Assembly: GCA_034780895.1 (NCBI GenBank)
Contig: JAUZTB010000075.1
Coordinates: 13,405,324 to 13,469,323 of the forward strand
DNA: 64,000 bases
Direction: 5' to 3'
Origin: Rhynchobatus australiae
Lineage: Eukaryota
Made by a program: the position numbers and the translations under genes. The notes below the pieces were generated by a model. The model worked only from the letters and a program-made list of their open reading frames with translations, made no database searches and was not told where the DNA came from. Below are positions 11,174 to 22,325 of this stretch, in pieces (the stretch's first letter is position 1; every line of letters starts with the position of its first letter).

Positions 11174-12430
11174 AAGTCTGATCTGTTTCTGTCTTCAAAA
11201 TTCAATCCTTCTTAGCTCTGCCATCATCCTGGTGAAATCTACACAAACAAGTTAATAATGGGGTTGGACAACTTGGAAAATTTAGGAGCCTGTAACCAGA
11301 AGAGTTGGATCTTATACACCATTCAACTTTGAGGTAATGACCTCTAAATAAAACTTGCATCACCATTTCTTGCAGGCTTCATTATCTCTAACTCCAGTTC
11401 ACGTCCATGATCTGGTTGAACACCAGCATTTTAGCCCAAGTGACCTTTCTTCATATGTGATGACAAACATGTTAACTCTCAGTGGAATATCCTACTGAGG
11501 ATTCACCATCAAATCCAATTCTACCATCAGCCACCATCCACAGTCCATTCAGATCACAAGACAGGAGTGAGTAAACCCAGTTAACAGGTGCATGTCTGAG
11601 AAAATCTCACCCTTGCTTTCAAATTCTTCCATGGTCTGCACCCTCCCTATGCTGTTCCACCCACTCAGATCTCAACAGAGAGCTAGTTGTGGCCTCCTGA
11701 GCATCCCTGCTTTTAATCACACCATCCATGGCACCAAATTTCTTCCTTAAGCCTTTCCGCCCCTCTTCTCCCTTAAGCAGTTCCTCAAAATGGCCAAGCT
11801 TTAAGTCATCAGTTCTACTGCTTCCTTGGGACAGTGCATAATTTTTGTTTGGTAGTGCTCGTTTGAAGTACCTTAGCTTGTTTTGTCTTGCTAAAAGTGC
11901 TTTATAAATTCAAACTGTTAGTGTTATATCGGGGCTTACTTCTAGAACCTGGGGTTAGAAATGTTTCCTCAGTCACATACCATGTGTTGAATGTGTAACA
12001 AAAGTGACACGTGTTTGTTATACTCCACTTTCAAAATTTGATTCCTTTTGAGTTGTTGGAACAAAATTTTGGAAGTGNNNNNNNNNNNNNNNNNNNNNNN
12101 NATATCATGCACTTGAAGGATGAGACTGAGGAATGATCTATTCCCAGCCATCTACCAATAACACCAATCAGCTGGTGGAATGTACAATTTTGTTTAAAGC
12201 TATTGCAACTTCCCTTTCTCTCTGCTGTAAACTTATCGATTCTCTTTCACCATTTTTCATTAAGCTATTGGTATGATCAGACTTTGAGCAGGTTGGGGTC
12301 ACCCCCTGTCCTTCTGCAGTGCCATGCATTCCCAATGTTGCTCAAACAAGAGCAGTTTTGAGTTATTATTAATGACTTCAAACTGTAGAATTGATAAGTG
12401 GCTAGAGTTTCACTTAAGACCCTGACTTGC

Positions 12431-12552
12431 CTCTCATGATGGCCACAGGATCCTCAGTCTTGGGCCTGAAGAGATTCACGCCGATAACAGTGGCCAAGTT
12501 GTCCACACCCATTTTGTTCATGTCCGAGTGCAACTGGACTTCATGGAGAAAC
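12431..12552 (-). CDS. ARHGAP25: ARHGAP25 exon 8, RhoGAP (FLHEVQLHSDMNKMGVDNLATVIGVNLFRPKTEDPVAIMR)
   Basis: Manual translation. Acceptor TTGCTCAG|G, non-canonical donor AGAG|GCAAGT; 122 nt, phase 2 to 1; NKM...NLA motif. Confidence 0.92.
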
Positions 12553-13465
12553 CTGAGCAAGAAAAAGAGCAGAAATTTTGTTTGTCACATTGTTATAGAT
12601 TTGGGTCAAATTATCAAAGTTACTTTGTAGAGAAGAAAAACTCCAACATCAAACATGCACTGTTCCATTCAGTTGAGGCCATTTAATCTATCTAGTCTGA
12701 GCCAGTTCTTTCAAAGACATAAAAAAGAAAAAAATATTAAATATTTTTCCATTTCCCTTTTGAAGGCAACTTTTAAATGTTTTCACTGCTTTATTATGCA
12801 ATGCCTTCCAAATTTTAAACATTCATTGCATGAAAAAGAATCCTCCTGAGGCCTCCATTGCTTTTGTTGATTATTTAAATGTGTCCTCTGGTAAAATTCT
12901 GACTCCTGTCGTCTTCATTACATATGTTCCATATCCCCCACAGATATGTGAAAGGAGAACTTAATCCTTGATTGGCTGAAATGAAAATGCCAGGATGAGT
13001 GTATCCAAAGGTTGATACTCACGATTGCATTTAGCTCTAGGAACCTAAAACAGATTATTCCCACACATTAATAAACCAATCAGTAATCACTCCCATTTTA
13101 AACTGAAACCTCCAGTGAACATGAACTCAATGAATCTGTGCAACATTGAGTTCTGATGAAAGGTCACTGACTGAAATGTCACTCTCTCTGCAGACACCAT
13201 CTGAGATGGTTAGTATTTTCGGCATTTTATGTCTTTATTTCCCAATCCTTTATCCCTCTATTTCCAAACTAATGGCCCTCTATTCTAACCCTATTCCCAA
13301 CCCCACATGCTCCTTTCCTAATCTAGCTCCAGTTCCATATCCCTGTGCAACTTATATCCACCAGTTCCCATGGCTCTTTATTAAATAAAGAGTTCACTTT
13401 CTAATATCCACTGCAACAATTGTTCAAAAGGATGGGTGGTAAAGTTTTCTGGTGAGCCGGCACAC

Positions 13466-13539
13466 CTGCAGATGTAACTGAGCAGGTTGTAGTTTGCCTG
13501 AGGCAACAACGATATCTGTTCCGTCAGTTCCTGTTGCCC
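13466..13539 (-). CDS. ARHGAP25: ARHGAP25 exon 7, RhoGAP (GQQELTEQISLLPQANYNLLSYICR)
   Basis: Manual translation. Acceptor TTCTTGACAG|GGG, donor GCAG|GTGTGC; 74 nt, phase 0 to 2. Confidence 0.93.
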
Positions 13540-14569
13540 CTGTCAAGAAAAGGTGACAAGTCTTAGCATTGATCACGATCAGACTTGGTTGCCAAAAAAT
13601 ACATTTTGCTTCTTTTACTCAATTTGCTGGTTATCAAATAAATATTTAAAAATCTGAAAAATAAATTTTAGTGGTATTCTACAAGAAACTACTGGACCGA
13701 ACCTTTACCACCAATACAGAAATGTCTGCATAAAGATAAAACTGAATTGCACAATCACTTGAATGCTTTATCACTTCACCAAATACTAAACCTAAGAGAA
13801 ACCTCTGAGAAAATAATTATTTCATATAATTTTGAAATAACCAAGAATTATAATGCAAAGTGCCAAAGAAACAAAATGGTTAGGTTTTCCTTGATAATAT
13901 GGATATTAAACAGAGTACAGGCGATATGTTTCGTTAGATAATTCTATATTGTCATCAAGGCATCACGGTTTGCAAATCCATTTACCTGTGAGGGTCCTTG
14001 CATTAAAGTAAATGCATTTGGGCTTGCCAGTCCACTCATGCTCTCTAACCCTGCCTCTGTTTGCTCTGCCCACGGGACTTGATTTATTCTCTACATTTTT
14101 TAACCCCACCTGCTGTGCCTCAGTTTTGTGTGATGAAGCTCTAAGCAAGTACAGTAAAGCTCCACTAATCTGGCACAGTCTGGTCTTTGATGCTAAACGA
14201 GCAGATTTTCTGGACTGTCAGATATTATTCTTATTAATACTCCAAACACTTTTAATTCACTTTTTAAAAAAATGTTACACAGTAGATAATAAATTTAATA
14301 TATTTTAAGAGAGTGTTAAAAAGAGAACTAGATGAATTTAAAAGAAGTGTGGGAACCAGAGCTCCAATACTGGTAGTGCTTTATTGTGAAAGGCAGCAAG
14401 GGAGCTGGGACTCCAATGAGTGGAAAGGGAGCATTGGAATCAGCAACCAGTGAGCCTGATGCTGGACCATCAGGATTTCCTAATAGACAGGGGGAAGATT
14501 ATTAGAGTGTAATGTACCTGTTTGTGCAGTGTATGCTGTGGTTTGGTTGATAGTCTTCATGTCTTTGAG

Positions 14570-15960
14570 ACTGGAGGCTCTGGGTCTAGTAACTTGAGTG
14601 CAATAAAGTCCAGGCTGAACAGCAAGGGAATGCTGCACTCCTAATGCTGCACTCTTTTGAATACGTTACATTGAAACCTCATCTGTTCTCAGGTGGATGT
14701 ATACGTTTCAAGGCGCCATGTTGATCAACTGGAAAGAGACCAATATCCCTGCAGGGAAGTTTGCTCACGCTTCTCGGGAGGGTTTAAACTAATGTGGCAA
14801 GGCAGCATTGTAGCAGTACAGCAGGTAGGGCAAAAAATGTGCAGAATAAATCAAGTTCAATGGGCAGAGGAGGCAGAGGCAGGTTGGAGAGCATGAGAGG
14901 ACTGGCAACCCCAAATGCATTTACTTTAATGCAAGAAGCCTTACAGGTAAATCAGATGAGCTTAAAGCATGGATCAGCACTTGGAATTACAATGTTATTG
15001 CAATCTGAATCTGACTGAGGGAAGGGCAGGACTGACAGCTTAATGTTCTGGGGTTGTTCAGAGGGGAATTCAAGAGAGGAGGGGGGAGTCACACTAATGA
15101 TTGGGAGATCATAATGGCAGCACCTAGAGAAGATATCTGGAGGNNNCATTCTGTGGGGCCTTATGGGTAGAATTTAGGAATAAGAGAGGGGCAACTTGCT
15201 TTGCTGGGGTTATGCTACAGGCCTCCAAATAGTCAACAGGAATCAGAGGAACAGATATGTAAGCAAATCAGCAAAAGGTTATGGGACTGGGCGATTTTAA
15301 CTTTCCCAATTGGCAGGGATTGCCATAGTGCACAAGGCTCAGACAGGATGGAATTTGTTAAGTGCATTAAAGAAAGTTTTTTTGAGGCAACATATCAAAA
15401 AGTCCTTCCAGAGACGGGGTGGTGAAGCTAGGCAGGTGGTGCAAGTGTTGGTAGGGGAACACTTTGGGAACCATGACAAAAATGTAAGTTTCAAGATAGT
15501 TAATGGAAAGGAATGAGATTGGTCCCCAAGTTAAGGTCTTAAACTGGCAAGGCATAGAAGGATACGAACCTACTGTGGGCAAATGGGATTGGTCTAGATG
15601 GGTGAAAAGGTCAGCATAGATGAGATGGACTGAATGGTCTATTTCTATGCTGTACCACTCTATAACTGCAGACAAGTTATCCCTGGGCCCTGACCAATAT
15701 TTATCCCTCACTCAAAATTGCTGAAAAGCAGATTATCAGTGGTTTTCACACTGCTATCACTGGAAGCTTGATGTGTGCAAATTGACTCTTGCATTTCTTA
15801 CATTAAAGCATGGACGCTGGCCTTGTCAGTGATGCCCAGATCATTCCCCCCACCCCCAGAAAAAACACAGATAAAAATTTCAGAGGTATTTCATTGGCTG
15901 AAAACCACTTTGGGATATTGTGAAAATTTCGGAAGAAATTTGAAGAAATGTGAAAAAAGC
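14570..15960 (+). mobile_element. Deu-domain SINE split by a CR1 insertion and a short L2-like tail
   Basis: 5' half ends near 14725 (CTCAGGTGGATGTA...); 3' half resumes near 15666 (CCCTGACCAATATTTATCCCTCA...CAGATTATC...TGTGCAAATTG). Confidence 0.65.
14726..15665 (+). mobile_element. Internally deleted CR1 LINE (ORF1 end, AP-endonuclease start, joined to 3'UTR)
   Basis: KCIYFNA, LGLCYRPPNS and GEHFGNHD endonuclease-like remnants followed directly by tail ATGGACTGAATGGTCTATTTCTATGCTGTA. Confidence 0.75.
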
Positions 15961-18526
15961 TATTTAAACTTTAAAGATATGTTAACAGATAAAAGGAATG
16001 GGATATGTTGGCCCTGGCTTACTGCCTATCTGCACAATGGTTTATTCCATTTGGTCAATAATCAGGGATGCCACCTTCGACTTAAAGAGGACTTTGGAGT
16101 TTGGAAGAAAAAAAGGATCCATAGATCGTGGAGAATCGCTAGAAGGATACCAGGAGTGAGAGTTTACATTAATGCTAAAAACCTCTTCAGAAACTGAGGG
16201 CTTCTTTTCCCCATTCTTGTGATAGTCTTGTTTCCAAAATTATTAATTCTTCTGTGCTGCAAGTTATAAATGTTAAAGAGGCATGGCTGAAGAATTAGCA
16301 CCAGGAGGGAAAAAGGATGTTTTTCCAACTCAGACTGGATCAATCCCAAGAAATTTCCAGTTGCTTTTGGACCAGACAAGAGCTTTGTTGGCGAACAGGG
16401 AATGTCATTATCCCACAGGCATCCTCACACCAGGGAGCCTTATCAGATCATAGGAGATCAATGAGACCACCTGATTCCAAAGTGCAGTCATTTAATCAGA
16501 CTCTGTGATTTTTTTTCTTAAGGATGGGTTTCAAATCTGATTGCTTGCATTGTAATTATTTAGTATTTCACAATGTCTTATTCCCTGGAGTTCAGAAGAT
16601 TGGGGAGTTTTCACTTGTGTTGCATAAGATTTTGACTGGAATTGACAGTTATAATCTTACAAATCACCTGTGAAAATTTCTCATTCTTTTATAATTCAAT
16701 TGACAATTAGTTCTTCAGGCTGGAGGATTTAGAACTAGGAGCTGTATTCTCAGAGTAAAAGGCTGGTGTTAAGGACTGAGATGAGAAGATTTGTTACGCA
16801 GATGATTGTGAAGTTTTGAAATGTATTATGGAGAATGTGTATCATTAGGGCTGTAGGTGCCCAGTTGTTGACCATGTTCAGATCTGATATGGATAAATCT
16901 CTTGATGCTGTAGAGATCAATGATATGGGCATTGGGCAGGCCCAGAGTGAACAGTGCACCTAATGAATGGCAGTACAGCCTTGAGAGAACAAGTAACCTA
17001 GTTCTGCTATTCATTATGTTCTTAAATTGTTGGCTTCTGAGGAGTTACAGAGCAGAGGCCTATTGGGAACATCTCACTGATACCAGGAATCTTCACATTG
17101 AACAGTGCATCCCATACTATTTTCCTTTGTTTTTCCCCCAGACATGCTTACCCAATTACTATATGATATGCCCCTGCCCAGATATTTTATTAACCTGGTA
17201 GAAGCACTTCATCCAATTTATTGCTTGGGTCTTCTGGTACCTCATGTTACCAACTCTACCCAATGGAAAAATTGCTTATACCTCATAATTAATTTTAATA
17301 ATTTTGAAAACTAAACCATCATTTTAATGAAATAAACCTCTCTTTTATAATATTAATTCCTGCTGATTAATATTATTCCTGCTATCATTCTGAGGATTCA
17401 TCACATTCTTCCCTTTAAATCAATTTTAAACTGTTAAGCGAAGCCACGTGCCCCCATGTCCTACATTCTGAAAACTCTTCACAAATTTAATCCCACCCAT
17501 TTTCCGTTCCCTCTTAAATTCTTTCAAGTACATGAAATGTTCTGAATGGATTTTACTGCTTCTGCTGAACGTANNNNNNNNNNNNNNNNNNNNNNNNNNN
17601 NNNNNNNNNNNNNNNNNNNNNNNNNNNNNNNNNNNNNNNNNNNNNNNNNNNNNNNNNNNNNNNNNNNNNNNNNCTGCTTCTGCTGAACGTAGTTGGGTGT
17701 CTTGAATCTGAACTCTTAGCACACAATCCCCTAATCTTTTCCTCATTTTCCTTATAGTTTAAATTTATGATCTTTGTCATAATCAGTGGAAATAGCTTTT
17801 TTACCCCTTTTGCCCTTCCCATGATTCAAACATAATTTTTCAAGATGTTAAGAGGAACTGAGTTCTTATCCAGCCTTGCTCTGATAGTTGGAGAGTCTCG
17901 GACTGTGAAGATGTCTGCTTGGGACAGAATCCAAAAGATAGAGCCAAACCTTCCTGGAGTGTAACTAGGAAACACACCGAAACCGAGAGGTTTCCAGAAA
18001 TGATTGTTGATACAAGATAAATTGTTAATTCTAAATATGGGATTTCTAGACTTTTGATTGTGAAAGATGTTCAGGGAAATGGCAAAAACATAATAAACCG
18101 AGTTGAGTAATAGACCAGCCTTGTTTTACTAAATGGAGGGAAAAGTCAGCACCTTCTCCTATAATCTTGTCTGCATCAGTGTACCAAAAAATCCAATGGA
18201 AAATGTTAGGATGATTTTTAATACCCAGAGTATATGGAAATGTTTCCTCAAGTAGATTAGATGAATAATATGAGTGCATTTGAGAGGAAATTAAATTAAC
18301 ACATGAAGGAGAAGAACAAAGGGATATAGTGAAAAGAGTGGGGGAGGTTTGTTTGCATTCGTCAGCACAGACCAGATGGGCCAAATGGCCTGTTTCCCTG
18401 CGTATACTTAATTTCACTATTAGCCTATTTACATTTTTTGATTTACAGGGAAACAGGAGAATATTTGTTGGCTCCCCATGTGACTAACTCAACAGAATAG
18501 AGCAATTGTATATAATCATTTAGATT

Positions 18527-19165
18527 ATGGTAGAGAAGGCATATGGCATGCTTGCCTTCATTAGTCGAGCCATTGAGTTCAAGAGTCAGGAAGTAATGCT
18601 GCAGCCTTATAAAACTTTAGTTAGGCCACATCTGGAGTATTGCAATCAGTTCTGGTCACCCCATTATAGGAAGGATGTGGAGGCTTTGGAGAGAGGGTGC
18701 AGGTTTACCAAGATGCTGCCTGGATTAGAGGGCATGAAGAGAGAGGCTGGACAAACTTGGGTTGTTTTCTCTGGAGTGGTGGAGGCTGAGGGGAGATCTG
18801 ATAGAGGTTTATAAGATTATGAGAGGAATAGATAGAGTAGACAGCCAGTATCTTTTCCCCAGGGTTGAAATGTCTAATACCAGAGGGCACGCATTTAAGG
18901 TGATGGGGGTAAGTTCAAAGGAGATGTGCGGGGCAAGTTTTTTTTTTACACGGAGAGTGGTGGGTGCCTGGAATGCGCTTCCTGGCGTGGTGGTGGAGGC
19001 AAATATGATAGGGGCGTTCAAGGAGCTCTTATATGAATGTGAGGGAAATGGTCGGATATGGACATTGTGTAGGCAGAAGGGATTAGTTTAGCTGCGAATT
19101 TTATTACTAATGTACAACATTATGGGCCAAAGGGCCTGTTCCTGTGCTGTACTGTTCTATGTTCT
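18527..19165 (+). mobile_element. CR1 LINE 3' fragment (relatively young)
   Basis: KAYGMLAFISR...YKTLVRPHLEYC.QFWSPHYRKDVEALER, RLRGDLIEVYKIMRG, AWNALP; tail GGGCCTGTTCCTGTGCTGTACTGTTCTATGTTCT. Confidence 0.93.
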
Positions 19166-19302
19166 TAGCATGCCATCCCATACAAAAAATAAAGGCATAA
19201 TTAGTTTTTAGCTAAATAGGATAGCATATAGAATTCATGTTCTTCAATACTAATAGAAAACAGCAAGATGGAGGATAAATTACAGGTAGACTAACAACAC
19301 AC

Positions 19303-19435
19303 CAGCATCTTGTCGCTTCCCATCATCTGACTGCATGCAAGGAAGTCTTCATATTGGGACCAAGGAATGACTGGTTCTGGGAGTTCTCTGAGGTATAGCT
19401 TGAACAAAGAGGCAACAGTGTGCACATCGGTATCC
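19303..19435 (-). CDS. ARHGAP25: ARHGAP25 exon 6, RhoGAP ([45 protein letters not shown])
   Basis: Manual translation. Acceptor TTCTTCCAG|G, donor CTG|GTGTGT; 133 nt, phase 2 to 0; classic K.YLRELPEP RhoGAP motif. Confidence 0.94.
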
Positions 19436-21842
19436 CTGGAAGAAAAGGTAAATTTCAATATATGATGATTTAATCAAGCCTGCAGGACGGATTTTAAAGA
19501 AATTATTCACAGATAATTTGGATGAATCAGGACATAAAGACAGCTACATAACTCATCATATATTCATTGCCTGAGGGCATAAGCATTTTGCACAATTCAT
19601 GTTAAAGTCAGTCACCAGGCAAACTTGTAAATTAAGTGGTTATCATGTGGAGATTCCCTCATGTAAAATTCATTCAGGCCAGGATGGGCACCTGCCCTTA
19701 CTGCTGGGTAATCGTTGGATGAAATCTGTCCATCCATTTACATGTATTGTGCTTGAAAATATAATTACATAGAACACACAGCACAGCAAAAGCCCCTTCG
19801 CCAATTGAGCCTAACCTTTCCACACCCATAGCTCCTTCCGTTCTTCCTCAAAGGATTCTCGTTACATCCAGTTCCCCTTAAATCTAACTTTACTATTTGC
19901 TTCAACCACTTCCCATGGTTGTATGTTGCACCATGAGTAAAGACATTTTTTTTCTGTGTTTCTCATTTTATTTCTCGGTATCTTGTATTTGCACTGCCCA
20001 AACTCCTGCTGCCTCAAGGAACATATTAAATACACTTATTGTCACCTTCATCCTTCTCTTCCCAAGGCTAAAGAGAGACAACCTGTTCTCTCCTCCCCAA
20101 TAGATGGAACCCCGCAGTTTTGATACAATTTTGTTTCATGCTTCTTAAAACCTTGACTGTACGTAGCCATAGTAGCACACCAAATTCCAAATGTGGCAAA
20201 ATGAAGTTAAGCTGATTGAACATAACCTCTCACTTTTTCAACTTTAATCTCCTTGAAATATACCTAGCTATTGGTTCGATTTTGATTTTATTTTTATGAT
20301 TCCTGCATTTGTGTTCCCAAATCCTTACTCCAGTTAGATCTTTGCTGTCCAAAGTACGTGAACTTACTTTTCTTATGTTATCCTTTATGATGATGTGCAA
20401 TGTATTACCTGGGGTACTGCATCGAGTTTTTAATGACAGACACACGTGCACATTGGAAGCAAAGGAGAGAAGGTTTACTAGATTGATTACTAGGATGAAG
20501 GATTGATATATGAAAAATTTGAGAGCTTGTNNNNNNNNNNNNNNNNNNNNNNNNNNNNNNNNNNNNNNNNNNNNNNNNNNNNNNNNNNNNNNNNNNNNNN
20601 NNNNNNNNNNNNNNNNNNNNNNNNNNNNNNNNNNNNNNNNNNNNNNNNNNNNNNNNNNNNNNNNNNNNNNNNNNNNNNNNNNNNNNNNNNNNNNNNNNNN
20701 NNNNNNNNNNNNNNNNNNNNNNNNNNNNNNNNNNNNNNNNNNNNNNNNNNNNNNNNNNNNNNNNNNNNNNNNNNNNNNNNNTTTATTATCACTGATTTAT
20801 ATGACGTGAAATTTGTTGGATTTTGGAAGCAGTAAAGTGCAAGACCTAAAAAATATCATCAATTACTAAATACAAGTGAACAATGGATATGGGGAGAGAG
20901 CAGGAAACTGGTCAAAACCAAGATTGGATCTGCTGTGACTGAATGACAACAGGTTGATAGGGTGGATCAACTCCTGGTGTTTGGAGGTTTGGTATTTGGA
21001 GAATGATTAGCACCATCCATGGCTTTACGCAACTTCCTGACTTAACTTTAAGATGGATTGTTTAAAATGCTGACTTTGGGAGCCAGAGAACTGCTATATT
21101 AAAAGATCTTTTATATACAGTATATACATGGATGCAGCAGAATCATAAACTACATTTTGCCTAAGATATCGTTAATTAGGATTTCTTTTCCAAACTAATT
21201 ACAGGATGGGCATTCCGGGTGCAGAGCACCAGATGGTAATCTATTCAGATGACAAAAAGCCTGAGAAATTTTAATTCTATAATATGCATGCCATAACATG
21301 GGATCTAATTTTGACACTGTACATGAGTGAGCACATTTTATATCTTTTTTTTTATCATTTCTGTTGATTTCCGTTAACCTGACGACCTCATTTGATGGGA
21401 GAGTGGAGAAGGAATATAATCTGATGTTGTTGATTTGCACCATTGCTGAAAGAGTAACTCCAGTGCCTGATGCAGAGTCAACAACCTCAAGGGTAATGGC
21501 TGAATAGTGTGATGATCATAAAAAATTAATGAACAGAAGGAGACCATTCATTCCACTTTGACCATGCTGGCTGTAAACAAGCAATCTAGACTAATCCTTC
21601 TACCACCCTCAACAGTGGCAAGTTCTATTTTTCCTCTGCCTTTTGTCTTTTATCAAGCACCCTTTGTTGTTGATCTTTGTCCCCAGGGAACAAGTCTACA
21701 CCATTCATCCTACGTAGGCCTCTCATAATTTAGTACACCTTGATTAAATCTCCCATATTACAAGGAAATAATCTGAAATAAAATCCTTAGATAAAACAGC
21801 CTAACCCCACCAATGCCCTTGTTAAGCTCTTCCATACCCTTG

Positions 21843-22015
21843 GAGACAAAAGAGACTGCAGGACCAAAATAACAAACTGCTGGAGAATTCAATGGGTCAC
21901 ACAGCATCTGTGAGGGGAAACGCTGTTCAGATGAAGGGTTTCAATCTGAAACGTTAACTGTCCATTTCCTTCCACAGATACTGCCTGACCTGCTGAATTC
22001 CTCTAACAGTCTGGG
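21843..22015. mobile_element. Short palindromic Penelope-terminal-repeat-derived element with hammerhead-like core
   Basis: Inverted arms CAGCATCTGTGAGGGGAAA / ATTTCCTTCCACAGATACTG flank GTT-CAGATGA-AGGGTTTCAATCT-GAAACGTT-AAC. Confidence 0.65.
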
Positions 22016-22117
22016 TTTTTTTTCCTCCATACCCTTGCTGGGTATTGTCACATCTTTTCTGAAATGTAATGGTTTTAATGGAAGAGTTTCCTCACAGTCG
22101 GTGTTTCAGTTGCATAC

Positions 22118-22325
22118 CGGTTAAACGATGGCCTCTCTCCAGCATCAAAAGCATCCCTCAGTTCTTTTACCAAGTTGTCTTGCCCTGGCAAGCGAAAGAT
22201 TCCTTCCTCCTTCAGTCCCTGCTCCCGCATGAAGTCTGCACACTTCTCAACGATAATGGGCACCAGGTGTTGGCCAAACTTTTGCTCATATGCCATTGTG
22301 TCTGTCAGACGCTGGCCAAAGACAG
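22118..22325 (-). CDS. ARHGAP25: ARHGAP25 exon 5, RhoGAP start with arginine finger (AVFGQRL...EEGIFRLPGQDNLVKELRDAFDAGERPSFN)
   Basis: Acceptor CTTCTCTCAG|CT, donor ACCG|GTATGC; 208 nt, phase 1 to 2. Confidence 0.96.

Noticed and set aside
15775-16197. 140-aa plus-strand ORF
   Set aside because: It begins inside SINE sequence with a non-ATG start, has no recognisable domain and no supporting splice structure
17556-17692. Direct repeats flanking 100-N gaps (also 29976-30130 and 38053-38240)
   Set aside because: Identical or near-identical sequence on both sides of fixed-size gaps most likely reflects unmerged overlapping contig ends
18527-19091. Active or domesticated reverse-transcriptase gene
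   Set aside because: All LINE and Penelope pieces in the window are truncated and frameshifted; no intact ORF2
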